From a virus: DNA of 64,000 nucleotides. Shown in pieces: positions 31,244 to 41,370 of this stretch. The stretch spans positions 107,988 through 171,987 of IMG/VR virus record IMGVR_UViG_3300005590_000001; one strand, given 5' to 3'. Position 1 is the first letter of the stretch, and every line of letters starts with the position of its first letter. The notes under the pieces are model-generated. The model was not told the DNA's origin. It searched no databases and saw nothing but the letters and a program-made list of their open reading frames with translations. Both the position numbers and the translations under genes were made by a program.

Positions 31244-31845
31244 AATATACCTGTAATTTGAAATAATGCTATGATAGCGGCAGAAGGATACTCCACATCC
31301 TTTATATAATAATGTAACTTATTAGTGACGGCTGGCATTAAGAAAAAAGAATCTTTTTTACCAGCTTTTTCAAATTTTACACCATGTTTTGGATAATCAT
31401 CTACCAATATGCCATCATTATCAACAACAATTGATTTACTGTGGGTAATAATTAAATTTTTACTCATATCTGGAAAATGATCATTTAACCATAATTGTTT
31501 ACCGGCTGAACAAATACCATTTGGTATAGGTGAAGTTAAGAAGAAAACATTTTCTTTACCATACTTTTCAATACTTAATTTAACACACTGTTCTGCCCAC
31601 GGTAGAAATGGAATAGTTCTCCAAAATTCTTGATCCAGCACTAACCAAAACTCATCATGAGTCATATTTACTAACTCATTTATTTCTCTATGTCCTAGAT
31701 TTTCAGGATTTAAATAAGGATTCTTAATTCCATGAAATTTACACGCCGCATCAGATGTATCTAGTAATGTTTCGTCAAGATCCCAAAAAATTCTTTTCTT
31801 TTCAATCTGTTTTATCATCATTTTTCCTTCCGCCACCTTCACCAT
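31240..31845 (-). CDS. HAD-family 5'(3')-deoxyribonucleotidase
   Basis: WDLDETL, FLTSP, GKQLWL, LVDD. Confidence 0.8.
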   Translation of the reverse strand: MVKVAEGKMMIKQIEKKRIFWDLDETLLDTSDAACKFHGIKNPYLNPENLGHREINELVNMTHDEFWLVLDQEFWRTIPFLPWAEQCVKLSIEKYGKENVFFLTSPIPNGICSAGKQLWLNDHFPDMSKNLIITHSKSIVVDNDGILVDDYPKHGVKFEKAGKKDSFFLMPAVTNKLHYYIKDVEYPSAAIIALFQITGIL

Positions 31846-32827
31846 AAGTATTGATTTTGGTTAAGTCAGCATATTGTTCAACCGTCTTTTTCATTCCATC
31901 TTCACTAATCTTTTTATGAAGAAAATCACACAATGATGCTCCATTAGTGAAACTTGTAGGTTTACTAAACGAACAACAATACTTGCATTTCCAACTCTTT
32001 TGTGATGGATCAAATCTTTTAGGCGGCTTGCGTACATTTTGCATAAGATTAAAATGTTTTCTAATATTATGTTCAGCTTCTTTCAGCATCTCTTTAGTGC
32101 CCATAACTGAAAAAATACCGCCAGCATTTATAAAAAACAAACTCATTATAAATTGTTTCTCAGGATAAAGTTGATTTAATGCATACAAATAGAATAGAAG
32201 TTGATGATCCTTTTTAAGATATTCAACTGTTTTTTCTTCATCTGTAGCGAAATCATTTCTTCGGCCTGTTTTAAAATCCAAGACTTCATATACATCGTCA
32301 CCGTGATCTATGATCGTATCAATCGTTCCACGAATTGCTAGGTGCCCAGTATGTTTTTCTCCGTCAATAGTTACAGAATATCTAGCCCACGGTTCTTTAA
32401 TTTCAAAATCAAAGAATTTTTCAGTCTCTATAATATTCAGAGTTGCCGGATCATGTTCTGGATAATCTATCAAAGACTTAGTTAACCATTGATCAATTTC
32501 TTTCTCACTAATTTTTTTGTCAAAATCAATATGAGTTTCTACACCTTTATAGTATTCAATAACTTTTGGCAGTGTCTTTTTATAATCTTTAGCCCAATCA
32601 ACTTTGACGATACCAAAATTATCATCTTCAATTTCAGATTCATTAATTCTTTCGGCCATACCAGCCAAAGCTCTTAACTCAGCACACTTATGGAAGATAG
32701 TACCTTTGGTAGCTGCTGCTCCAGCCTTATTTGAGAACCCAAAAACATATTGTAAATAGTATTGGTGTTCGCAGAATTTATACGTTCCGATTGCAGAGCT
32801 TCTAAGATACGGTACTAGCATGATCAA
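31802..32827 (-). CDS. PD-(D/E)XK exonuclease (RecB/Cas4-like)
   Basis: FCEHQY, GTIFH, GTID, DFKTG, QLLFY, CKYCC. Confidence 0.85.
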   Translation of the reverse strand: MIMLVPYLRSSAIGTYKFCEHQYYLQYVFGFSNKAGAAATKGTIFHKCAELRALAGMAERINESEIEDDNFGIVKVDWAKDYKKTLPKVIEYYKGVETHIDFDKKISEKEIDQWLTKSLIDYPEHDPATLNIIETEKFFDFEIKEPWARYSVTIDGEKHTGHLAIRGTIDTIIDHGDDVYEVLDFKTGRRNDFATDEEKTVEYLKKDHQLLFYLYALNQLYPEKQFIMSLFFINAGGIFSVMGTKEMLKEAEHNIRKHFNLMQNVRKPPKRFDPSQKSWKCKYCCSFSKPTSFTNGASLCDFLHKKISEDGMKKTVEQYADLTKINTYGEGGGRKNDDKTD

Positions 32828-33623
32828 TTTTTACCTTTTTATTTTCTAAAAAGTTATTATCAACCAAATATTTAATAACTAATTCATTTTTTTCAATCAT
32901 ATTTAAATCATCTGGTACGATTAAATCGTAACGATCATTATCAATATTTTTTAATCCATTTTCTGATTTGGCTGAAGACTTCAGAACATTGCGTGAGTGT
33001 TTGATTAAACATACATTGTCAGGATCTGCCAACTTGCGCTTTTCGCAAAATTCAAATTCATTTAAGAATCTTCCATCTGGAAGAATAGCAACTTCTGGTT
33101 GCCACTTTTCCAAGGTTTTAAAAGCACCTTTAATATGTACATCTGGATCAATGACACGTAAAACATCTGTACCAAAAACTTCTAAGAGCTGGCGATAAGT
33201 CATTGGATCATTAACTTTGTGTTTGCCTTTGTAATAGCTAGTATCTACTAGCTTATTCATCATTTTCCAAGTAATTTCAGACGGCGAATTCTTATCATCG
33301 TCTGAACCATATAATTTTTCTAATGGAACACCAAACATTAATGATACAACATGTTTTAACTTATCTGCATAACTTGCATGCATAACATATTTGTAAACAT
33401 TATGTGCATAAAATGTTCTAATATTTTCTTCTTGGGTGTCAATATCAAATTTAAATCCCGTGCCGTCTGCATATTCTACAAACATCTCACCTTGATCATT
33501 AAATTTAACAACTGGCACAACTTCTTTTTGCACAGCAATATAACCATAAATTGCAGTTGCCGTTGTCGTTTTTCCAGATTGCTTAGTTCCAAATAAACAA
33601 ATTTCTTTCATATCTTTTTCCAT
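32802..33623 (-). CDS. deoxynucleoside monophosphate kinase
   Basis: GTKQSGKT, YADKLK, RQLLEVFGTD, PDGRFLNE. Confidence 0.85.
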   Translation of the reverse strand: MEKDMKEICLFGTKQSGKTTTATAIYGYIAVQKEVVPVVKFNDQGEMFVEYADGTGFKFDIDTQEENIRTFYAHNVYKYVMHASYADKLKHVVSLMFGVPLEKLYGSDDDKNSPSEITWKMMNKLVDTSYYKGKHKVNDPMTYRQLLEVFGTDVLRVIDPDVHIKGAFKTLEKWQPEVAILPDGRFLNEFEFCEKRKLADPDNVCLIKHSRNVLKSSAKSENGLKNIDNDRYDLIVPDDLNMIEKNELVIKYLVDNNFLENKKVKIDHASTVS

Positions 33624-34669
33624 GTTGGTAAAATACTTAATTCTATTTCTTTATCAGTCATGCTATCAATATCTTTTTTAGATAGTTTTGGTGCAAAGAT
33701 ACCGAAGTCATTCATGTAATTTTTAATAAACTTTTGTTTGAATTTCTTACCCGCGTCATCATTATCATATGCCAATAAGATTTTCTGAATACCAAGACTT
33801 TTCAGTAATTGCATTCGTTCTCTACTGAAGTCTCCTCCTAAACATGCCACAGCTGGCATTCCTAGTTGATCTAATCTCCAAACACAAGATACCCCCTCAA
33901 CTAATATAACCTTATTTCTTTCACCAATGCGATGAATATTGTATAAAGTTTTTGCTTTTTGAGAATCTTTTTGCATAATCCATTTCGGACCGAAATCTAT
34001 ACATGGCTTATTTGGATTATGATACTGTGAGCACTTTTGACATTCGGAGAAATGTGAGCGAGCTACATAACCCATATACTTACCAGAAATATCATGAAAT
34101 GGCACTACCGCTCTGTCTTCGGCTGGAAAGTGAAAACAATCTCCAACTTCAAACTTTTCCAACGTAATAGCTGGAAAATTACGGGTGATGGAATAATAGT
34201 CTGATGGAATTTTTAATCCCGGCAAAGGTTCACAGTAGTGAATCTCATTAGAGGTCTTTTCGATTTCTTGCCGTATATTACTGCGGTCTATTGATGTTCC
34301 TTCTTTGATAAATTTTAAGACTTGGCTGTCTGTAAAAGTTTTATCGTAGTGAGTTTCCAACGTTCCCTTGACTAAGCCAAATACTGATCTTTCATACTTT
34401 TCAGAACAATTATCACTCCAACAGGACCAAATACCGTTTGGCATTTTGATTGAAGACTTATTGATCGACTGTGATCCGTGAATAGGACACTTTAATTTAA
34501 TATTATCTCCAAACACCTTGTATTCAATATTTAATTTATCCAATAATGAATAAACTCTTTCAGTTGCTAAAATATTAAATTTCGAGATCTTCATCTTTGT
34601 CTTTATTTTGATCTTTCTGTTCAGATGGATCCTTTTTACCGTGTAAACCAACTTCAATAATTGAAGCAA
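33608..34669 (-). CDS. DNA primase (Zn finger and TOPRIM)
   Basis: CPIH...WSCW, LVEG, YDNDDAG. Confidence 0.88.
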   Translation of the reverse strand: MLQLLKLVYTVKRIHLNRKIKIKTKMKISKFNILATERVYSLLDKLNIEYKVFGDNIKLKCPIHGSQSINKSSIKMPNGIWSCWSDNCSEKYERSVFGLVKGTLETHYDKTFTDSQVLKFIKEGTSIDRSNIRQEIEKTSNEIHYCEPLPGLKIPSDYYSITRNFPAITLEKFEVGDCFHFPAEDRAVVPFHDISGKYMGYVARSHFSECQKCSQYHNPNKPCIDFGPKWIMQKDSQKAKTLYNIHRIGERNKVILVEGVSCVWRLDQLGMPAVACLGGDFSRERMQLLKSLGIQKILLAYDNDDAGKKFKQKFIKNYMNDFGIFAPKLSKKDIDSMTDKEIELSILPTWKKI

Positions 34670-36005
34670 GTTCTTTTCTCATATTTAATGAGATGTATTC
34701 TCCAAGTTCGTGCTCCCCACCGTACCGACTTTTCAGTGTAATCAATTTACGATTACCATTTGGAAATCCATCGTTAGTTCTTTCTTCTAACGTTTTGTGT
34801 TTAAAAATACTAAATGAATTTGCTAACCAAAGTAATCTATCTGATTGAGAAATGACAGCTGTAGATTCTTTATCAATACCGTCACGATTTAGCTGTACAA
34901 AACTTAAGCATGGAATATCATAGCGTTTAGCGAAATCTGTCATCTTGGAAATTTGAAATCCTAAGGCTTGAAATTCGGCCATATCGCCAGCATCATCCAT
35001 ACTCATCAGCTTAAAATAATCATAGACGATAGCACATTGATTAGCTTTCCCGTCAGCTTTAATACCCACCTCTTTATAAATCCATCTACGAATGATTGAT
35101 AAGATTTCGTCAAATGGCATACCAGCTACAGACTTATGATAAATTGGTCGTTTTTCTAACGCATCTACCGAATTATAAACTTTTTGTTTATGTAAAGGAA
35201 TGTTGCCAAATTTACCATTTTCTACTGAATTAATTTCAACTTCGGCAAGATTAGCAATGAATCTTGGTAACACTTCCTTGTATTGCATTTCAGTGTCCAA
35301 GATCAGGACTGGAAAATCAATACTTGATATGAACAACGATGCTATTTGTCCGATAAAAGATTTACCAACGCCAGATCTAGCACCTATTAAATGTACGCCT
35401 GTACGTAATCCACCGCCAATAGACTTGTCAAATTCTGACCATCCTGTTGGGATACCAACAAGATCAGTTGGATTAGCTTCCCAATCCTCAACAATACTTT
35501 TGGCATCTTGACCAATTTTAATTGGATTCTCATCACCATTACTATATTTTTTAATAAGATCGAAAATTGCTGATTCAGAAACTGAAAAGATTTTATCAAT
35601 TGTTTCTGATCCCGAACATTCTGCTAATTCTTGAATACATTTCTTATGTAAAATTTGACTTTCTTGAATTAGTTTAATATTACGTAAGCGTTGTGCTAAT
35701 TGACGAACTGAAGATGGGTCTGGATCTACTTTAAAAATCTGTTCAATTTTAGTAATGTCTTTTGACTCAATGCCCATTTGCATTGCTTCAGATAAAACAG
35801 ATGAGACTTTAAAAGCATTATTATTATGAAAGATTTTTTCGAATGTTGCAAAAACAATCTTATTTAAAAATCCATCAAAATGAGCTTCGTTGATTAAATC
35901 AACACAATCTACAAAACTGTCTTTTCCGCCAGCCAAAATAGAAGACAATAAAAAGTTTTCATCTAGCGTCTTGACATTGTTCACAGACACAATGATATCC
36001 TCCAT
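34575..36005 (-). CDS. dnaB: replicative DNA helicase
   Basis: GIPTGW, GARSGVGKS, DTEM, YDY, QLNR, KSRYG. Confidence 0.93.
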   Translation of the reverse strand: MEDIIVSVNNVKTLDENFLLSSILAGGKDSFVDCVDLINEAHFDGFLNKIVFATFEKIFHNNNAFKVSSVLSEAMQMGIESKDITKIEQIFKVDPDPSSVRQLAQRLRNIKLIQESQILHKKCIQELAECSGSETIDKIFSVSESAIFDLIKKYSNGDENPIKIGQDAKSIVEDWEANPTDLVGIPTGWSEFDKSIGGGLRTGVHLIGARSGVGKSFIGQIASLFISSIDFPVLILDTEMQYKEVLPRFIANLAEVEINSVENGKFGNIPLHKQKVYNSVDALEKRPIYHKSVAGMPFDEILSIIRRWIYKEVGIKADGKANQCAIVYDYFKLMSMDDAGDMAEFQALGFQISKMTDFAKRYDIPCLSFVQLNRDGIDKESTAVISQSDRLLWLANSFSIFKHKTLEERTNDGFPNGNRKLITLKSRYGGEHELGEYISLNMRKELASIIEVGLHGKKDPSEQKDQNKDKDEDLEI

Positions 36006-36525
36006 TTGGTGATTTTATCACAAAGTCTCTTTTCATTTCAACCATTTGATGACATTTCTTACACTCAGCTTTAATAAGTTTTACCGGTGGTCTATATTGT
36101 TTATCTATTTTCTTTTCATCTCCAAATTCTAAATGAGGCAACTTAGTTGGCCTTAAGTGTTTGAGGTTTTCAGGAATTTCTGCATCTGGATTTGTAATAA
36201 AAATATAAGATTCTTCAGAATCTGTTTCTAAATCCTCAACAACATCATTTAATTCATTGGTAATTTGCTCTTCAGCATCATTAGTTTCATTACCGAAAAA
36301 AGTAATTAAATCACGTAATTCTTCGATAGTATATTCTTTAATTGGTTGTAAAGATTTTGACATTTTAGTTGTCAAATATTTATAAAGTTCTCTCTTATTT
36401 GCTGTTTTGGGATTGAATAAATCTGGAACTTCTAAGTTTTTACCAGTAATTTTATTGTAAGCCTTAACTACTATATCCCAATTACCTTCTAAAATTCCTT
36501 TTTCAATATCTTTTAATAATTTCAT
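35959..36525 (-). CDS. hypothetical protein with C-terminal Zn finger
   Basis: CKKC...CEQC. Confidence 0.6.
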   Translation of the reverse strand: MKLLKDIEKGILEGNWDIVVKAYNKITGKNLEVPDLFNPKTANKRELYKYLTTKMSKSLQPIKEYTIEELRDLITFFGNETNDAEEQITNELNDVVEDLETDSEESYIFITNPDAEIPENLKHLRPTKLPHLEFGDEKKIDKQYRPPVKLIKAECKKCHQMVEMKRDFVIKSPNGGYHCVCEQCQDAR

Positions 36526-36529
36526 ACTT

Positions 36530-37009
36530 TTACTTTGAAAATGATAGACCGTGTAATGTGACCGCCATTTTTTGCAGTCCTTCTAACATACCAAACAATT
36601 TACTTACGTACTGATTCAAACTAATTACTTGATTATTTAATTCATCAATATGCTGATGCTCATTACATGCGTTTGCCGTAATAATTTCTTTCGGTAAAAA
36701 TTCTTTTTCCGATGTATAACTCTTCCACACCTTAGATAATTCTTTATCCAGTTCGCTTTTTGCTAGAGCTTGTGCAGTCCTAAATTCCGCTAATTTAGCG
36801 GAGAGATGAACACAATATTGATAGATAAAATACTGAGCTTCGGCACATTCGGCTTTATTTAATCTTTTTAAATCGGCTAAAGTAAGATTGATATAATCGT
36901 TATATTCTATTTCATTTTCGGCATGTACTTCTTTGATTTTAGCCTGATCAAAAAGGGCCGTTTCTGTGTTATTAATTTTTTCTAAATAAGGATTCTGTGA
37001 TAATTTCAT
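36530..37009 (-). CDS. coiled-coil protein, possibly a UvsY-like recombination mediator
   Basis: Helical 159-aa protein near recA; function by analogy only. Confidence 0.4.
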   Translation of the reverse strand: MKLSQNPYLEKINNTETALFDQAKIKEVHAENEIEYNDYINLTLADLKRLNKAECAEAQYFIYQYCVHLSAKLAEFRTAQALAKSELDKELSKVWKSYTSEKEFLPKEIITANACNEHQHIDELNNQVISLNQYVSKLFGMLEGLQKMAVTLHGLSFSK

Positions 37010-37376
37010 TCCACTCTTTTTTCTTGTTGTACGGTAATTCTATGTAGAGAACATTATTTAACTCGCACCATTCTTGTTTTAGTATATCATTACTTTGATA
37101 CAATTTAAAACTAGCTATATCTTTATGAAAATGTTTATTGAAAATATAGTGTTGCGCACCATGAACTTCTATTAATATATTTAAAGATGGTATAAAGAAA
37201 TCGGCAATTAAGTTATTACAGCCGCGCAGTATCACTTCTTCATAAAGAGTAGAAGCCGGAAATCTTTTTTCAATTAATTCCCGGGCTTCTTCTTGTAGTT
37301 TAGAGCTATGCGATTCTTTGACGTCTTTATCAAAATTAATTATATATTCATTTCCGTTTAGTCCCACAAACTTCAT
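36972..37376 (-). CDS. Vsr/DUF559-like endonuclease
   Basis: ADFFIP...IEVHGAQHY...D..KQEWC. Confidence 0.75.
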   Translation of the reverse strand: MKFVGLNGNEYIINFDKDVKESHSSKLQEEARELIEKRFPASTLYEEVILRGCNNLIADFFIPSLNILIEVHGAQHYIFNKHFHKDIASFKLYQSNDILKQEWCELNNVLYIELPYNKKKEWNEIITESLFRKN

Positions 37377-37851
37377 GAAAACTCTCTAACTTTGAAATAG
37401 GAATTGAATATGTATCTACGCGATGAACAAAACCGCCGTCTCTTGTTCCTTTCTTTATAAATTCCGCTTCTTTTAAGAAACGGTCTTTACTGATAATTCC
37501 AAGAAACCACGTGTAACTTTTGTCCTTCATCGTTCTAAAAAACGCATAATAGTCACACTTATTTTTCATTTGATATGAGGCAACAGAACAACTGTATTCT
37601 GGTTTAGGTGCTGAGGTACAAACTTTCGTTTTTAAATCAATAGCACCCAAACCTTCTACCCAAATATCAAAATCTCTATTATCTATTAGTTCTCCGCCAA
37701 AATTGTCTAAGAAAATTTCCTCCGAAAGGAAGCCATAGATATGGCTTCCTTTGGAAAAAGTTGATTTAGATCCAGTGAAGTTTTTACTTCTATTTTGTGC
37801 TCGTTGTAGGTTCTTCGAGCGGATTTTTATTTGAAGACTCATATTTGACAT
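37348..37851 (-). CDS. PD-(D/E)XK-like endonuclease
   Basis: GFLSE...DFD...IDLKTK...CDYYAF. Confidence 0.65.
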   Translation of the reverse strand: MSNMSLQIKIRSKNLQRAQNRSKNFTGSKSTFSKGSHIYGFLSEEIFLDNFGGELIDNRDFDIWVEGLGAIDLKTKVCTSAPKPEYSCSVASYQMKNKCDYYAFFRTMKDKSYTWFLGIISKDRFLKEAEFIKKGTRDGGFVHRVDTYSIPISKLESFHEVCGTKRK

Positions 37852-38920
37852 TTGGATACTTTGATTGTAAAAATTTTAAATATTCTTCTTCGAAATAGTC
37901 TAAGTTTTCTTCCATAAAATCTATAACTTTATCTTTACCTTTAAGAGACACCATATCATCCGACATAAGCATTGTATAGTTACCACCGCCTCTGATGGTG
38001 ATTATGTCTGTAAATTTACTTAGAATTTCAAAGATTTCCATAGTACGCCATACACCCTGATCGTACCTTAGATAGTTATGAACACCATCTTGGGCTTTTT
38101 TAGTCATGATTGGCCCTATGATTTTATTGTAAGGTATTTGCCAACAAATCAGATTACCATCTTTGTTATTAGCAAAATCTTCATCAGTCACCAACGGTTT
38201 CTCACCGTCTAAAGATAACGGATTATGTTTCGTTTCTAGTACATAATCAGCATCATAATCAAATTTTAAACCACCAGCTGCCTTCATCGGATTGCCATAA
38301 TGAGTTCCGGTATCTGTAATATAATGCTGCACACCAATTACAATAGATTTAGAAGAACGAAGAATATTGCCAATCTTTTTACAAAAATCTGCATTTAATT
38401 TAGGTGTCATGTCTCTACGATCAGCTCTAATCTCACTATCTTCTTGTTGTTCTTTCGGGATAATTTTTCCAAAAGAATCAATGATATATACACTACCATT
38501 CATTTCTGGAATCTGCATCATCTGATAAATATAATTATAAATATCATTACCATTTTTAAATTCAGATTCAATTTTAAATTGTTCAAAATGAATATATTTT
38601 CGCATTAGTTCTAAATCTTCCTCTGAATAACATTCGCGGAAAATGTTACGATCAGATAATCTTGATTCAGTATCAAAATAAAATACATGTCGTTTCTGTT
38701 TTGCGCACCGCCTTGCGAAATCACTAAGCAAAGTTGTTTTGCCCACTTTGGGCAAAGTCCTAACAAACATAAATGAACCTTCTTGTACACCGCCACCCAT
38801 GCGAATGTCAAGATTAGGACTTAGCGAGATAAATCCCAGACTTTCAGTATTCTTCTTAATATCATCTATTGATAAAAATTTACTAAAATCTAATAATGCC
38901 GTTTTCTTCTTTTTAGCCAT
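37790..38920 (-). CDS. recA: RecA/UvsX-like recombinase
   Basis: LDIRMGGG, PKVGKTT, FDTE, IIDS, AGGLKF. Confidence 0.85.
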   Translation of the reverse strand: MAKKKKTALLDFSKFLSIDDIKKNTESLGFISLSPNLDIRMGGGVQEGSFMFVRTLPKVGKTTLLSDFARRCAKQKRHVFYFDTESRLSDRNIFRECYSEEDLELMRKYIHFEQFKIESEFKNGNDIYNYIYQMMQIPEMNGSVYIIDSFGKIIPKEQQEDSEIRADRRDMTPKLNADFCKKIGNILRSSKSIVIGVQHYITDTGTHYGNPMKAAGGLKFDYDADYVLETKHNPLSLDGEKPLVTDEDFANNKDGNLICWQIPYNKIIGPIMTKKAQDGVHNYLRYDQGVWRTMEIFEILSKFTDIITIRGGGNYTMLMSDDMVSLKGKDKVIDFMEENLDYFEEEYLKFLQSKYPNVKYESSNKNPLEEPTTSTK

Positions 38921-39251
38921 TTTTTATATTATCACTCTTATTTTTTCTAAAAGTCAAGTTACTCTCTGATTTTTTAAACTCTTTTTGATCTGGCTTTTTA
39001 TTTTTTAATTCTTGTCTAATATATATGTCAGATTCTAGTTTCTTTACAGCTAACGAGTAACACCATTTCATTTCTGATATTGATGTCATTACAACATCAA
39101 AATCGTAAACTTTTAAAAGCTTTAACGCAAGACGCATTTGGTGTTGAAATTCAGGTTTATATTTAGCGTTATTCCAAAATTTCTTTGGTAACTCTTCCTT
39201 AAATTTCCTCGTTAGCATAATAGTAGCTAACTTTACCGCTTCGTCATGCAT
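38913..39251 (-). CDS. hypothetical protein
   Basis: ORF in a tightly packed operon. Confidence 0.6.
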   Translation of the reverse strand: MHDEAVKLATIMLTRKFKEELPKKFWNNAKYKPEFQHQMRLALKLLKVYDFDVVMTSISEMKWCYSLAVKKLESDIYIRQELKNKKPDQKEFKKSESNLTFRKNKSDNIKNG

Positions 39252-39254
39252 AAT

Positions 39255-39563
39255 TTATTCCACGTCAAATCTAAAAATATGTGGAGGATCAGGTGTCGGT
39301 TCTTTTGCTGGTTTAACCTCCCTTAATTCATCAGTCAACATTACACCCATTTGTTTGCCATCTTGAGTTTTAATTGCCGCATTTGTTGGCAACTTAACTT
39401 TTGGTGGTTTATCTGGTTCTACCAATGGCGCCATTTCTGTAACTAAATCACGCACTACATTAACACGTAGATTCATTAATTTAGATAATTCGGCCGGATC
39501 TGTAGTCAGGTGATGCAGTACAAAAAATTTATCAGCTTCATTAACTTCAGTTCGTTTCGCCAT
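39255..39563 (-). CDS. hypothetical protein
   Basis: ORF in the operon. Confidence 0.6.
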   Translation of the reverse strand: MAKRTEVNEADKFFVLHHLTTDPAELSKLMNLRVNVVRDLVTEMAPLVEPDKPPKVKLPTNAAIKTQDGKQMGVMLTDELREVKPAKEPTPDPPHIFRFDVE

Positions 39564-39892
39564 TAAATTAAACCTTTCATATTCACAATTCTTGTTAAGT
39601 CTAGTAAAATATTCTTATTATCTGAAGAACAGTATCTATGATACATATTAAAAAGATTTTCATCTACCTTAATAAATCGGCCTTCAGATCTAGCCTTAAT
39701 ATCTTTATCAACTGGCTTACCATTTAAAACTCTAATATAGTATTCAGCTGGTTTATTTGAAAAAGTAACACTCTTAGATAAGTGTTTATCATCTTTTGTA
39801 ACTTCTTCTGCCGACATACCAAAATATTTAACTTCAGAAGTCAAAGCTTTATTAGTTACTAAAATACCTTCTTGATTTAACGGTATTTGCAT
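39563..39892 (-). CDS. hypothetical protein
   Basis: ORF in the operon. Confidence 0.6.
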   Translation of the reverse strand: MQIPLNQEGILVTNKALTSEVKYFGMSAEEVTKDDKHLSKSVTFSNKPAEYYIRVLNGKPVDKDIKARSEGRFIKVDENLFNMYHRYCSSDNKNILLDLTRIVNMKGLI

Positions 39893-40083
39893 TCTATCAT
39901 ATCCTCATCAACAAATTCAAAATAAAATTGATCATTACTTGCAATCTTTAATGTGCCGATGTAATCTACAAAATTAATTTTATTACATGTACACTTTACT
40001 CGAAACGAATTTACTTCGCCTTCTGCATTATCTGCAATTGCACAAAGTTCATTGTTACATTGTTCACAAACTACTAAGGGCAT
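39877..40083 (-). CDS. small Zn-ribbon protein
   Basis: CEQC...CTC. Confidence 0.55.
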   Translation of the reverse strand: MPLVVCEQCNNELCAIADNAEGEVNSFRVKCTCNKINFVDYIGTLKIASNDQFYFEFVDEDMIECKYR

Positions 40084-40270
40084 CTAATTTTTCCTTTAGT
40101 TTTTCTATACATTCTTCTAAATTGCGACCTTTGATTGTGGTAACTTTATTTTTGATACCTAAGTCTTGTATCTGACGCCTACCTAAGGGCTGGCCTAATT
40201 CCCCCGTTGGACTTACGGGATGAAGGAAAACATTAAAGTGAATTACTGCTGTGTGTGGACTTTCCGACAT
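40064..40270 (-). CDS. hypothetical protein
   Basis: ORF in the operon. Confidence 0.55.
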   Translation of the reverse strand: MSESPHTAVIHFNVFLHPVSPTGELGQPLGRRQIQDLGIKNKVTTIKGRNLEECIEKLKEKLDALSSL

Positions 40271-40599
40271 TACATTTTCCCCGTCATAATATAACGCTCT
40301 TTTTGTTCCGCGGTCATATTATTAATTTTTTTCATTTTAGCAGCTTGCTCTGATTTCTTATTAAATTCAGATTCAGATCCCATAAGTTTTTCTCTTGTAA
40401 GAGGATTACGGCGATTATTTCGTTCCATCATCGTACCTACTGTACGAGGATCTGCTAATTTAGAAACGGCCGGAAGTCCAATAATTCTTTCTACTGGAGC
40501 ATCACACTCTGGACAATATTCATACATTTCATCGTGATTTTGTGTTGCTTCAAATAACCCACAATTTACACATTCATATTCTTTAATGACTAAGCTCAT
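40270..40599 (-). CDS. FmdB-like zinc-ribbon protein
   Basis: YECVNCG.FE...CPEC...ERII. Confidence 0.75.
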   Translation of the reverse strand: MSLVIKEYECVNCGLFEATQNHDEMYEYCPECDAPVERIIGLPAVSKLADPRTVGTMMERNNRRNPLTREKLMGSESEFNKKSEQAAKMKKINNMTAEQKERYIMTGKM

Positions 40600-41002
40600 A
40601 TTTTATATTACCAATAATCAATGATTGAATTGTTCTATGATCCACCAAACGTGTTTTATTTTTTCCGGCAATATCAAAATCTTCCACATAAGATCTACCC
40701 AAAAGTGGTTCTGAGCTTAATAATCTTCCGCGCAATTTACGTTGTCTTTTATCTGACTTAAGGAAAACAACTGTAAATGGATCATTTTTTGCGCTTACCA
40801 ATTTTTCTGCCATTTGTGTTTTTGTTAATTTTTCTGTTTTAGAAAAAGCATCTGCCGATTTAAGATCGTCTAACAAATCTTGACCATTAATATAAAACTC
40901 TGTATTATCTTTAACGTCTACGACGCCGATACGTGTATCTGACAATACATCTTTAATTTTACAATATCGTGTTATTGATACAACTTCCCCAGCATTCATC
41001 AA
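40583..41002 (-). CDS. hypothetical protein
   Basis: Conserved-looking PFTVVFLK...R.LRG...RLVDHRTI. Confidence 0.65.
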   Translation of the reverse strand: MMNAGEVVSITRYCKIKDVLSDTRIGVVDVKDNTEFYINGQDLLDDLKSADAFSKTEKLTKTQMAEKLVSAKNDPFTVVFLKSDKRQRKLRGRLLSSEPLLGRSYVEDFDIAGKNKTRLVDHRTIQSLIIGNIKYELSH

Positions 41003-41370
41003 AACTTATACCTCTTTTCTTTTTCCTTTGTAATTTGTTCGAGTGAACCGCATGCTCGGTTAATGCAGTAATCACCTTTTCCTATCTGAACCATATGAGT
41101 GCCATATTCAGCTGCGCGTTCAGCAGCATCTTTAGGCGCATCCAAATTTATCATTTTGCCGTATCGTTCTTTTAGCCTGCTTGGATCTACCCCGCGAATA
41201 TCATTCCAAAGAATTTCTATTTGCTGATACGACTTACCAAATTCCCTAGCATATCTTGGTAGATGATTCTTATCTGTGCCTATAATCTCAGAAAAATCGA
41301 TGCTATTTAATATTGCACATAATTGTCCGTAATCATCAAAATTTCTTTCTAGTGAAACTACTAATCTCAT
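40999..41370 (-). CDS. degenerate SLOG/YspA-like (DUF2493-like) protein
   Basis: MRLVV...RNFDDY...RYAREFG...W aligns by eye with 58852-59223. Confidence 0.45.
   Translation of the reverse strand: MRLVVSLERNFDDYGQLCAILNSIDFSEIIGTDKNHLPRYAREFGKSYQQIEILWNDIRGVDPSRLKERYGKMINLDAPKDAAERAAEYGTHMVQIGKGDYCINRACGSLEQITKEKEKRYKF

Noticed and set aside
31802-32827. CRISPR-Cas system suggested by the Cas4-like nuclease
   Set aside because: No repeat-spacer array or other cas genes seen; stand-alone phage exonucleases of this type are common.
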